Shown: in pieces, positions 1 to 8,286 of the stretch
How the letters are laid out: each line of letters starts with the position of its first letter
Position numbering within the stretch: the stretch's first letter is position 1
IMG/VR virus record: IMGVR_UViG_3300008107_000056
Span: 2,700-66,699 of that record
Length of the DNA: 64,000 bases
DNA from: a virus
Direction: 5' to 3' (one strand)
The notes under the pieces: generated by a model
What the model was told of the DNA's origin: nothing
The model's input: only the letters and a program-made list of their open reading frames with translations
Database searches by the model: none
Program-made: the position numbers and the translations under genes

Positions 1-1
1 C

Positions 2-310
2 AATGACCCCAGCAACTTTGCCGCACCCAGTGATGTGCGTGTTGCGGGTACTGCTACTTTCACAGCTGGTACACGTACTTTAGATACCAATGCAGTGGCT
101 GTGGGATTAGTTGCAACCAGCCAAGTTGCTGCCGCGTCAGCTGTATATCCACAACAGACCATCATATTGCATGATGTTAATACTGGTGATCACCCAATTA
201 TATTGGAAAACAATGAAGGTATTGTTATCAACAATATCACAGTATGGCCTGCCGCAGCCAACGGCTTCATGTCATTCAACATTGAATGGATTGAAGGCAC
301 AGCTTATTAA
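2..310 (+). CDS. 3' end of a gene truncated by the window edge; Thr/Ala/Val-rich, probable virion structural protein
   Basis: Frame is open from nt 2 (NDPSNFAAPSDVRVAG...) to TAA at 308-310; followed by a terminator. Confidence 0.6.
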   Translation, partial: NDPSNFAAPSDVRVAGTATFTAGTRTLDTNAVAVGLVATSQVAAASAVYPQQTIILHDVNTGDHPIILENNEGIVINNITVWPAAANGFMSFNIEWIEGTAY

Positions 311-328
311 ACCATCGATGACTGCCAT

Positions 329-356
329 AAAAAAAGCACCTTCGGGTGCTTTTTTA
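329..356. terminator. Bidirectional intrinsic terminator
   Basis: A7-GCACC-TTCG-GGTGC-T-run with a C(UUCG)G tetraloop, between convergent genes. Confidence 0.9.
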
Positions 357-692
357 TTTCCTCTGGTGCCTAACTGGACCATCTAGATTTTTATACAGCA
401 TGAATCTAACACCATCAAAATCCAAGGTATATTCGTCTAGGATATAGGCTATGCTGGTTGCATCCATGACTATTTCAACACCAGCTATGTTTAGAATATA
501 ATCTTCAGAAGCAAATTGATCATCCCACTCAAAGTAAATGTCTGTCTTTAGAGCCAGTATGTCACAGCGAACCCTAAACGCACCTTGTGGTTTGTTCTCT
601 CCTAATCTTTTGATTTCTAGCACAGCACTGGGAGTAACTGTGAGGAGATTTGGTTGATTGCCCGGAAGAAGATCTACTTGACTTTTATCCAT
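354..692 (-). CDS. HesB/IscA-like (A-type Fe-S carrier fold) protein lacking the C-terminal CxC
   Basis: LTVTPSAVLEI...FRVR...EDYILNIAGVEIVMDATSIAYI...TLDF pattern of the IscA/HesB family; TAAATA box 5 nt upstream. Confidence 0.6.
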   Translation of the reverse strand: MDKSQVDLLPGNQPNLLTVTPSAVLEIKRLGENKPQGAFRVRCDILALKTDIYFEWDDQFASEDYILNIAGVEIVMDATSIAYILDEYTLDFDGVRFMLYKNLDGPVRHQRK

Positions 693-704
693 GCTGATAT
701 TTAA

Positions 705-926
705 TTATATCTTGAATGGACTTTGGAAGGTTTTGGGTCTACTGTTTTCTTCAAGTTCTTTGATCTTCTGTTGGTAGTAGGCGGCTTCGTCTTTTCTAGC
801 CTGTGACAGTTGACTCATGATTTTGTCGCGTTCAGTCATTAATTCCAATCGTTTTTTCACGCTGGGTTCTGAGCGTACTTGCTCATGAATTATATCCAAT
901 TCTTTTATTAGGTTTTCTACACTCAT
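705..926 (-). CDS. Small hypothetical coiled-coil protein
   Basis: 73-aa charged, helical ORF filling the gap between genes. Confidence 0.6.
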   Translation of the reverse strand: MSVENLIKELDIIHEQVRSEPSVKKRLELMTERDKIMSQLSQARKDEAAYYQQKIKELEENSRPKTFQSPFKI

Positions 927-930
927 ATAT

Positions 931-1050
931 ATGTCTTAGTATATCTTTTAAAACTCGTAACAAAAAGAATGTCTTTTCATTAAAAACGTAAGAATTTTCT
1001 TTTAAAAACTGCTGAAAATTTTAAAGAATTTAACGAAAAGAATATCTTTT
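931..1050. repeat. AT-rich imperfect ~25-28 bp repeat region with AAAAGA-N3-TCTTTT palindromes
   Basis: AAAAGAATGTCTTTT at 963-977, AAAAGAATATCTTTT at 1036-1050, TAAGAATTTTCTTTT at 989-1003, half-site ATATCTTTT at 941-949. Confidence 0.5.
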
Positions 1051-1751
1051 TATTTCAAACTCAAGTTCTTGTTAACTATGTCTATCTTCCTGTTTTGTAT
1101 TCTTTCTATATCACCGTTATTTCTAAGGGCTTTGAATACTAGATTTTCTGTGCTAAGTTCGCCAAACTTATCCAAGCCAGACTGACGGTAATTTTTCAAC
1201 TTATCCATTAGTTTGGTAATATCTTCTTTATCATCAGCCCTATTCAAATATCTCTTAATTTCCACGCTGAGCCAACGATATTTGGCACGTACTGCACGAT
1301 CATCATAACTGGTATCACGTTGTACATCTTTACGTTGTACCCATTCATCAGTTAATAAACTATAGGCATTGCCCTCTACAGTTTCATCGTCATCTTCTAC
1401 ATATATTTCTACTGGAACACTTCGCATAGCAATATCATAGGTATTGTTCCAAAGTCTACGCTTACTGTCAAAAAATTGATCTACTAACTCATTACCGCCA
1501 TATATTTCTTCTTTGGCTACAACAATGTGTAGATCTAAATCGCTGTGTGGAGTATAGGTATAACTGGTGTTGCTGCCTGTAATTATTATATCACGTAGGG
1601 GTATTTTGTCCAGCTTCAAATAGGCCAAAAATTCTTTAGCTGTTTCTAATAATTTTAACCTAACTTCAGCCTGTAGTTTGTCCCCGTCCCATAGTTTAGG
1701 ATTGAGACTGGTGTGAAACATTATGGGAGATTGGAACTCTAAAATCTGCAT
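1050..1751 (-). CDS. Pol-beta superfamily nucleotidyltransferase
   Basis: hhTGSN...SDLDLHIVV (GS...DxD) motif plus a later acidic strand VEIYVE. Confidence 0.8.
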   Translation of the reverse strand: MQILEFQSPIMFHTSLNPKLWDGDKLQAEVRLKLLETAKEFLAYLKLDKIPLRDIIITGSNTSYTYTPHSDLDLHIVVAKEEIYGGNELVDQFFDSKRRLWNNTYDIAMRSVPVEIYVEDDDETVEGNAYSLLTDEWVQRKDVQRDTSYDDRAVRAKYRWLSVEIKRYLNRADDKEDITKLMDKLKNYRQSGLDKFGELSTENLVFKALRNNGDIERIQNRKIDIVNKNLSLK

Positions 1752-1757
1752 AACACA

Positions 1758-1777
1758 TATTTATTCAACGGTAAATA
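1758..1777. promoter_or_regulatory. Back-to-back divergent T4-type late promoter boxes (TAAATA)
   Basis: TAAATA on minus (1758-1763) is 6 nt before ATG 1751; TAAATA on plus (1772-1777) is 5 nt before ATG 1783. Confidence 0.7.
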
Positions 1778-1782
1778 CTCAT

Positions 1783-2334
1783 ATGGACACAAATTATTAT
1801 ACTGGAAATTTATTAGTAGCACCGCCAAAAATGATGGATAAAAGATTCAGCAGTACGGTGGTCTACGTGGTTAATCACACGCCTTCTGGTGCGTGGGGGC
1901 TGGTGCTCAACAAACCAGGAAATCTTTCTAATAAAGAGTTATTATCACAAATTGGCATTGATCTAAATCTTTCTGGTATTGCACACGCTGGCGGTCCAAT
2001 GAATACAAATAGTGTGCATTTTTTACACAGTCCAGATGTAACAAGTTCAGGAACTTTTCCTGGCAATATTTTTGCCAGTGGAGATATGGAATTTATTACT
2101 AGACTGCAAGAAGGTAACAGACCAGAAAGATATAGAATGTTTGTGGGCAGTTGTAGCTGGGCACCTGGACAATTGGAAATGGAGGTCATGGGCGAAAGTC
2201 CGTGGAGACCAGAGTTTAGTTGGCTAACAGTTCCTGCTACGCCAGAGCTTGTATTTGATTATGATGATATGTCACAATGGCAGCATTGTCTTGATGCATG
2301 TGCTAATAACGTGGTTAAAGATTGGATGGTCTAA
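1783..2334 (+). CDS. YqgE/AlgH (DUF179) family protein
   Basis: GNLLVAPP...F..TVVY...GAWGLVLNKP, GGP and YRMFVG...W.PGQLE.E...W motifs; start moved to ATG 1783 behind the late box. Confidence 0.85.
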   Translation: MDTNYYTGNLLVAPPKMMDKRFSSTVVYVVNHTPSGAWGLVLNKPGNLSNKELLSQIGIDLNLSGIAHAGGPMNTNSVHFLHSPDVTSSGTFPGNIFASGDMEFITRLQEGNRPERYRMFVGSCSWAPGQLEMEVMGESPWRPEFSWLTVPATPELVFDYDDMSQWQHCLDACANNVVKDWMV

Positions 2335-2336
2335 AA

Positions 2337-3794
2337 TTAATCTTTTTCAGCATTAATATTAGCTAACATTTCTCTAATACGACTTCCGTCAACCTTACCT
2401 CTAACTTTTGGAACTGCTATACCTTCATCTGGTTCTCTAGCAATTTCCCCAGTTGAGCTATCTACAACTGTGCTAGTCTTTTTCAATCCATTTAAAATAT
2501 TCGCTGTTCCAGAACTAGGTTGTGGTCTACCGCCACCTTGACTAAAACTAGACTCTTGAGCATCTTCACCTGGATCAGTAATACGTAAACTATCCAAGTT
2601 AAAGTCCAAATCAATCTTTTGTCCTACTGCACTACTTGAGCGTGTCTTCATAAACTGTATTTGATAACGTCCACGCTCACGCATAGCACGACTTGTAAAG
2701 ATACCAATCACGTTATCAGCTGTTTGGATTTTACTCAAACCGCCACTAATATGACTGTGATCAAATTCAATTTCTTCAACAGCACTACGGTTTAACTGTG
2801 ATGCTGTAACGCAAACACATTGTTGTTCCATAGCAAAGTTACGAATTTCTTCTGACACATATTTGTCTTTAACAAACAAATCACTAGGACTAACTTTAAC
2901 ACTAACTGGCATCATCAAATCCAAATAGTCAATCAACACAACATCAGGCTTGTGTCCTTTCTTTACTTGATACTCTTTGATGTAAGCACGTAGATCATTA
3001 ATGTTCTTTCCTGATGGCATATATTTGATTTGAATAGCACCACTACTTTTACCTGCCATTTTTACTTTGAGTTCAACGTCTTCCAAACTTTTAAAAATCT
3101 CTCGGGTCGGAAGACCAGTCATCATCGAATCCAATCTCATCGCAACTAGGTGCTCGCTCAGTTCCAGTGAAACGTAAAGTACGTTGAGTCCTACCTGGGA
3201 GAAGTTCACCGCAAGATTCTGTAGAAACAGGGATTTCCCCGCACCACTGCCCCCAGCGAAAATATTCAATTCGCCCCTGTTGAACCCTCCAAAAAGTTTT
3301 TTGTCGAATGTCGGCCATCCTGTGCTCACTTGTCCATTTTTGTCTTTAAGACCCATCAAACGTCCACGAGGATCTTCAAAATAGTCTGTGCCCATATCTT
3401 TATTAAGACTGATTTGAACTGCTGCCTTAATCATAGTTTCTACAGGCCCAAACTCTCCCTTTTCCAACATATCTGCACTCTTAATAATTGCTCTTTCTAG
3501 TGCTTTATGCCTACTGAATTTTTCAAACTCATCTAATAGCCAATCATAATTTTCAGAAGGTAATCCTGTTACATCTTTGAAATCTGTTTCACAACTTGTA
3601 TTGACTATATCCAACTCTGGCATCACTTTGTATTTGTCAACGTATACATTGATAAATTCTGCCGCATCCTTTAACTTCCTATCAAAGTTTTCTGGATCAA
3701 AAATATTTTGACAACGTACAAATGTTTCTGCATCACTCAAAAACATTTCTAAATATAATCGTTGTACTTCACTACTGTAATTTGTTTTATTCAT
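2337..3794 (-). CDS. gp41: Replicative DnaB-like helicase (T4 gp41-like)
   Basis: Walker A GGSGAGKS, VSLELSE, Walker B VLIDYLDL, TASQLNR and KTR motifs; next to the primase. Confidence 0.93.
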   Translation of the reverse strand: MNKTNYSSEVQRLYLEMFLSDAETFVRCQNIFDPENFDRKLKDAAEFINVYVDKYKVMPELDIVNTSCETDFKDVTGLPSENYDWLLDEFEKFSRHKALERAIIKSADMLEKGEFGPVETMIKAAVQISLNKDMGTDYFEDPRGRLMGLKDKNGQVSTGWPTFDKKLFGGFNRGELNIFAGGSGAGKSLFLQNLAVNFSQVGLNVLYVSLELSEHLVAMRLDSMMTGLPTREIFKSLEDVELKVKMAGKSSGAIQIKYMPSGKNINDLRAYIKEYQVKKGHKPDVVLIDYLDLMMPVSVKVSPSDLFVKDKYVSEEIRNFAMEQQCVCVTASQLNRSAVEEIEFDHSHISGGLSKIQTADNVIGIFTSRAMRERGRYQIQFMKTRSSSAVGQKIDLDFNLDSLRITDPGEDAQESSFSQGGGRPQPSSGTANILNGLKKTSTVVDSSTGEIAREPDEGIAVPKVRGKVDGSRIREMLANINAEKD

Positions 3795-3811
3795 GCTTAT
3801 ATGTTATCTTT

Positions 3812-4012
3812 TTAATCTGTGACTCTAGTGAATCTTGAAACGAAACTTTCTACGTAACAACTATACTCATTTTCTCCAGACAATCTTTCATGACTCATGT
3901 TGCCTTCTTTAATATAGTGTACCCAAGTTTTCCCCTCAATATCGAGCACGTCTAATACATGAAAGTATGTGCCCCTACCATCCCACCAACGTGATCCAGT
4001 CTCAACTATCAT
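3812..4012 (-). CDS. Small hypothetical protein
   Basis: 66-aa ORF coupled between primase and helicase; AAGGAG upstream. Confidence 0.6.
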   Translation of the reverse strand: MIVETGSRWWDGRGTYFHVLDVLDIEGKTWVHYIKEGNMSHERLSGENEYSCYVESFVSRFTRVTD

Positions 4013-5102
4013 TCTTTTTCTCCTTTGGATATTTTTTCATTAGCAATTCTAATTTTATTTTATTATCTGTAGCAGAATCTAAAATACTTTTGATCGTAAA
4101 AAGTTTACCATAACGTTTGAACGCATCACTAGCGTCTTTAATATCATCTTCCCATGGGGGTATGGCTACCAACCACTCATTCTCCATAGCATACTGTACT
4201 AACCCCATACCAGTATGATCCCTGTCTGGAACAACAATAACTGTTTTACCTAGACTATTAATTATAGCACGTTGTCTGTCGTTGGGTAAATTAGTTAATA
4301 GTCCAACTCCATTTACTGCCAATGCATCAAAAGGTCCTTCTGTAACCAAAACTATTTTGTTTGAATAATTTTGTTTATCTATATTGAATACATAACCGCT
4401 TTGACTTTCACTCAAATATTTGGGACTACCTGAAACTACTTTTCTAGCAGTATAGCCTATGAGCTTTTTTTGATGATAAAATGGTATTATTAATCTATCA
4501 TTATATCCAGGCATGGGACAATAATGCCAGTCATAGTCATCTAAATCATGTCCTCTATCAAGCAAATATTCTAAACACCTAACACTATCATCATATTCTA
4601 ACAAAGCATTAACTAAAGGTATTGAATCAGGTGGCAGATACTTTTCATGAAAATCCAGTTGAGCCACAGCTTCAACATCATTATTGTCCAATAATTTAAG
4701 AGCTTCTAAACTCCACTCATTTATCTTACTGGAAGGAACATTTAACCATTTGAATAATTTTTTATTTTTTACACTTATTTGTCTGCCAGGATTATTGTCC
4801 AATAATTTAAGAGCTTCTAAACTCCACTCATTTATCTTACTGGAAGGAACATTTAACCATTTGAATAATTTTTTATTTTTTACACTTATTTGTCTGCCAG
4901 GTTGCCAACTAGTCTTATAGCCGCAATTGAAACAGTGATATGTAAATCCAGACCCATGGCTAATGAATCCACCTCTTTGTCTTGTGTCAGTAGTTTCGCC
5001 ATTGTGTACACAGCAAGGTGCGTCAAAACTCATCCAACCAGAGGAAGTTTGTTTTCTTTTAAAAGGTAGATATGATAGCAGTTCAGCCTGTATGGCAGTC
5101 AT
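4002..5102 (-). CDS. gp61: DNA primase (Zn-binding plus TOPRIM; T4 gp61-like) with an internal 37-aa duplication
   Basis: PCCVH...YHCFNC Zn site, RLIIPF...GYTAR, TOPRIM VTEGPFDAL...VPDRD, KDASD. Confidence 0.88.
   Translation of the reverse strand: MTAIQAELLSYLPFKRKQTSSGWMSFDAPCCVHNGETTDTRQRGGFISHGSGFTYHCFNCGYKTSWQPGRQISVKNKKLFKWLNVPSSKINEWSLEALKLLDNNPGRQISVKNKKLFKWLNVPSSKINEWSLEALKLLDNNDVEAVAQLDFHEKYLPPDSIPLVNALLEYDDSVRCLEYLLDRGHDLDDYDWHYCPMPGYNDRLIIPFYHQKKLIGYTARKVVSGSPKYLSESQSGYVFNIDKQNYSNKIVLVTEGPFDALAVNGVGLLTNLPNDRQRAIINSLGKTVIVVPDRDHTGMGLVQYAMENEWLVAIPPWEDDIKDASDAFKRYGKLFTIKSILDSATDNKIKLELLMKKYPKEKKNDS
4680..4901. repeat. Perfect 111-bp tandem duplication (2 copies) inside the primase
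   Basis: 4680-4790 is identical to 4791-4901; encodes PGRQISVKNKKLFKWLNVPSSKINEWSLEALKLLDNN twice. Confidence 0.95.
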
Positions 5103-5108
5103 GCTATT

Positions 5109-5137
5109 ATTTTAGCTTCTATAGAGTATTTTGTCAA
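5109..5137 (-). promoter_or_regulatory. Sigma70-type promoter for the primase operon
   Basis: TTGACA-17 nt-TAAAAT, ending 6 nt before ATG 5102. Confidence 0.75.
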
Positions 5138-5900
5138 TAGAACCGATAGTCTTAGTATACCTAAACATTAGATAATTGATATTATCTATATCAGTTATTG
5201 TAATTGGCGATGTGCCATTTTCAGATGAGTATGACTCAGTAGTGATTGGGGTGCAGGCATCCCAGCTAGTTGGTGCAGAATTTGACAATGAACCTCTAAT
5301 TTCTAAATTGCCTGTAAAATTGGTAAAGTATGCTTGTATTGAATGTGTACCATTATTTCCTTTACCATCTCTATTGGTAGATATTGGACCTGAAGTGTAG
5401 ATATTGTTCTGACCTTGCAAAAATGATAACTCTTCACTAGGAATAAATTTAGAAATAATTCCGTCAACAACTTCTATTTTTCCCTGTAAATCGCTAGCAC
5501 CGTCAATATATGTTGGCAATAGTTGAGTATTTGAAACTTGTAAAATACTATACACATACTGACCTGATTTGAAACTTGTAGGGATATCATTTACGGTTAA
5601 TGTTAGTTGTGTTTTACCTTTTAAATTAAATGTTTCACCGTCATCTAGCACAGTTAAATTTTTAGAAACAACTTCTTTATTAGTGACATAGTCAAACAGT
5701 TTAAATACAAAGGTCTTTGTACTAACATCAATAGGACGTTGATCGCCGTTTAAAAAGTTGAATTGAAGCGTGTTGGTAACGCCTTTTGCTAGTTTTGCAT
5801 ATCCGTGATACATTATATCCACCCCATGTTTGGTAGAATTTTCCAAATCTAAAAAGACCCGGATGGCTGGAGTATATAAATAGACTGGTAAATTCAACAT
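5112..5900 (-). CDS. Hypothetical protein, probable late virion/baseplate component
   Basis: Beta-rich ORF; start set at ATG 5900 (MLNLPVYLY) by a TAAATA box 5 nt upstream (5906-5911). Confidence 0.65.
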   Translation of the reverse strand: MLNLPVYLYTPAIRVFLDLENSTKHGVDIMYHGYAKLAKGVTNTLQFNFLNGDQRPIDVSTKTFVFKLFDYVTNKEVVSKNLTVLDDGETFNLKGKTQLTLTVNDIPTSFKSGQYVYSILQVSNTQLLPTYIDGASDLQGKIEVVDGIISKFIPSEELSFLQGQNNIYTSGPISTNRDGKGNNGTHSIQAYFTNFTGNLEIRGSLSNSAPTSWDACTPITTESYSSENGTSPITITDIDNINYLMFRYTKTIGSIDKILYRS

Positions 5901-5932
5901 GCACGTATTTATTGTTACAGGAATTCTAGAAG

Positions 5933-6310
5933 GTGAACGAACTATTGAAAAACAATTTCCCATTCCTAACCTGCATCAGATGCAATGAGATTGAGATCGT
6001 AGGGATCATAATCAATCAAAATGACAGCGTTTTAAGCATCTACGATTTTGGGGCTATACACAACGACACTGAAAAACAGCAACTCTTAGATTTAGGGGAT
6101 CAGTGGTGGTGGGAAAGCAATCGAAAGATCCCAATTAATATTTTCCTAAAAGGCGAAATGGACTTGTTTCGCAGATATATCAAAACACTGAACAGCAAGG
6201 ATATAGAGCTTGTTTTTGGTCCAGTTGTTAATTTAAATGATATATCAGAAAAAAGGGTTAAACGTAAAAGTATTCAGCTAGTTCGGTCTGTTAAGAAAAC
6301 CCGTAGCTGA
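5933..6310 (+). CDS. Hypothetical protein
   Basis: 125-aa ORF with GTG start and AGAAGG upstream; canonical TATAAATA at 5875-5882. Confidence 0.7.
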   Translation: MNELLKNNFPFLTCIRCNEIEIVGIIINQNDSVLSIYDFGAIHNDTEKQQLLDLGDQWWWESNRKIPINIFLKGEMDLFRRYIKTLNSKDIELVFGPVVNLNDISEKRVKRKSIQLVRSVKKTRS

Positions 6311-6878
6311 TACCTTCACAAATTTTGTTCATTTGAACAACAATAGCGTGGGCATACGCAACTGCGTGACTCTTTTTAAAACTATAAGAATCGTCTGTCT
6401 TTTCCCATATTTCATCTTTAATACTATCCCAACCTTTTGTTTCACAAGTTGGAACTAGGTGTTTCTTACCTGGACGTAGTATTGCTAAGAACATGGCTAA
6501 TTGTTCAATGCTACGTGGCTTTAATCGTGCAATTAAATCATGATAACCATTGACGTGGAAGATTAAGTCACAAAATTCTTTTTGTTCTAATAAATCCCAT
6601 AGTGGTTCAATTTTTAGTAAATTTACAATCTCTTCTTCAGATTTTATATCTTTATAGATACCAACATTTAAAAAGTCTACTTTAAAGTATCCTCTTTTTT
6701 CAGCATCATCATAATCTAAACTGGCAAGACCTGTTAATGGATCAGTTGGGACTTGATGCAAGTAGACACCAGTATTGTGTTTTTTGATTTCATCATTATC
6801 AATTCTTGATGCAGGAATATGCTTTAACAATTTTAAAGCAATGTCTCTATCAAAAAAATCAATATCAATATCAGGCAA
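6291..6878 (-). CDS. Miniature DnaE-like (family C DNA polymerase III alpha core) protein
   Basis: PDIDIDF, KHNTGVY, GYFKVDFL, LAILRPG and YSFKKSHAVAYA correspond in order to DnaE PDFDVDF, KHAGGVV, GLVKFDFL, VALFRPG and YGFNKSHSAAYA; TTG start with AAGGAG SD. Confidence 0.85.
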   Translation of the reverse strand: MPDIDIDFFDRDIALKLLKHIPASRIDNDEIKKHNTGVYLHQVPTDPLTGLASLDYDDAEKRGYFKVDFLNVGIYKDIKSEEEIVNLLKIEPLWDLLEQKEFCDLIFHVNGYHDLIARLKPRSIEQLAMFLAILRPGKKHLVPTCETKGWDSIKDEIWEKTDDSYSFKKSHAVAYAHAIVVQMNKICEGISYGFS

Positions 6879-7551
6879 TGCCAGTCTCCTTACATATTTC
6901 TTTTACCAGTGCAATTTCACTAGGATATGTTTTAAATCTTTTTACCCAATAGGATGGATCAATAATAGTTGCCACAATATCTAATTGTTCGTCATTAAAT
7001 TTTGACAACATATCAGTTCCGCTTTTACAATTTAAAAGTAACCACGGACTAATGAGTCCATCTGCAATTTGTCTAACTGCACGATTAATATTAACATAGT
7101 TGAAATAGTGTGTAAAATCTGCTTGATTTTCGTCTGCCCATTCCATCATAGTTGACAATGATCTCTGTATGGCAGCATCAGCTGGTTCTGTTTTTATTAT
7201 TTCGGATAGATAGGTATAGTAGAGTTCATCGCGGCACCAATGATCGAGCTTAACTCCGGATTTGATAACATAATCCACAAACTTGTCAGGGTAGATAGGA
7301 TTAACATTATTGACAAAAGAACCAAACTTAACGAAGGCGTTATAGTAAGGGCTTTTACAAAATTCTTCATACGTTTTATCTTTTTTAGCATTTTGTGTCA
7401 ATCTGTAAAATCTATTATATGTCATAAAGCCTGCTTGCACACGCTTCTCATCTTTTTGTAGAGCTCTACGCTTATTCTCACACATGTGGGCAACTAAAGT
7501 AGCTTCTTTAGTATAGCCTTTACCACAGTGAACACAAGTGTAATTACTCAT
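6871..7551 (-). CDS. Hypothetical protein with an N-terminal C2H2/C2HC-like zinc finger
   Basis: YTCVHCGKGY...LVAHMC; start at ATG 7551 overlaps the upstream stop; its own stop overlaps the mini-DnaE start. Confidence 0.7.
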   Translation of the reverse strand: MSNYTCVHCGKGYTKEATLVAHMCENKRRALQKDEKRVQAGFMTYNRFYRLTQNAKKDKTYEEFCKSPYYNAFVKFGSFVNNVNPIYPDKFVDYVIKSGVKLDHWCRDELYYTYLSEIIKTEPADAAIQRSLSTMMEWADENQADFTHYFNYVNINRAVRQIADGLISPWLLLNCKSGTDMLSKFNDEQLDIVATIIDPSYWVKRFKTYPSEIALVKEICKETGIA

Positions 7552-7999
7552 ATTCTTTTCTTTGCTTCTTGTCGAACCCCAACTGGTCAAATAAACTTTC
7601 GATGTCATTTTTATCCATTAAACTTGCTTGTAACTTAACGTCACTCATCTTCATAGCTGGGTTAAGTTCGGCAATTAATTTTTCAATTTTAACTGCTTTC
7701 TCTTTTTTACCTGCGGCTAGATACGGGTGATATGCTTTTGCACCTGTACCACAACCTGCAAATAATTTCCAAAGTAGACCTTTGTGATCTTTACTCAATG
7801 ACCAATGATTCTTATTCACAAGTTCATTGGTCATTTCTACAAACCATTCTTGTACATCTCTGTCACCTTGTACATTACTAACATAGCGCATCAAAATATA
7901 CGGACTAAAAGATTTACGTTCTTCATCAGTCCAATTATTAAATGCGTCTTTATCACGCATATCTACACCATTTAATTCTTTCTTAATATCAAGTGCCAT
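7544..7999 (-). CDS. Probable clamp-loader small subunit (T4 gp62-like)
   Basis: KSFSPYILMRYVS...NE...HPYL resembles gp62 homologues of T4-like phages; size and replication context fit. Confidence 0.5.
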   Translation of the reverse strand: MALDIKKELNGVDMRDKDAFNNWTDEERKSFSPYILMRYVSNVQGDRDVQEWFVEMTNELVNKNHWSLSKDHKGLLWKLFAGCGTGAKAYHPYLAAGKKEKAVKIEKLIAELNPAMKMSDVKLQASLMDKNDIESLFDQLGFDKKQRKEYE

Positions 8000-8282
8000 G
8001 GTCTTTACTCAAGTTATATATTAGTATACATTGATCTAGTGCATGACGCAATGCCTCATTTGTTTGGGCTTCTCTTCGAATTTCTCCCCAAAGTTTACTT
8101 TCCATTATGTGACTGTGCAATGATCTTCCATCACCAGTTCTAGGATCAAAGTTTGGATCCTCTGGATCGTAGTCCCAACCAACAACTGTGCGTGTGCTAG
8201 GATCTGCACCAAATTCTCTAGAATACACAACGTTGTCGTGACGTTCGTATATTAATTTTGTGCCTGGTTTAAGTTGTCCCAT
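7989..8282 (-). CDS. Hypothetical protein
   Basis: 97-aa ORF, tightly coupled within the operon. Confidence 0.7.
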   Translation of the reverse strand: MGQLKPGTKLIYERHDNVVYSREFGADPSTRTVVGWDYDPEDPNFDPRTGDGRSLHSHIMESKLWGEIRREAQTNEALRHALDQCILIYNLSKDHGT

Positions 8283-8286
8283 AATA

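Noticed and set aside
4680-4901. Direct repeats as a possible CRISPR array or DGR template/variable pair
   Set aside because: Only two adjacent identical coding copies, with no spacers, no adenine-specific mismatches and no reverse transcriptase in the window
5901-5963. Longer N-terminal extensions in the ORF track (also starts 1723, 7608, 10340, 31743, 32501 and 32658)
   Set aside because: They overlap neighbouring genes or promoters; downstream starts fit the SD or promoter spacing and the motif boundaries better
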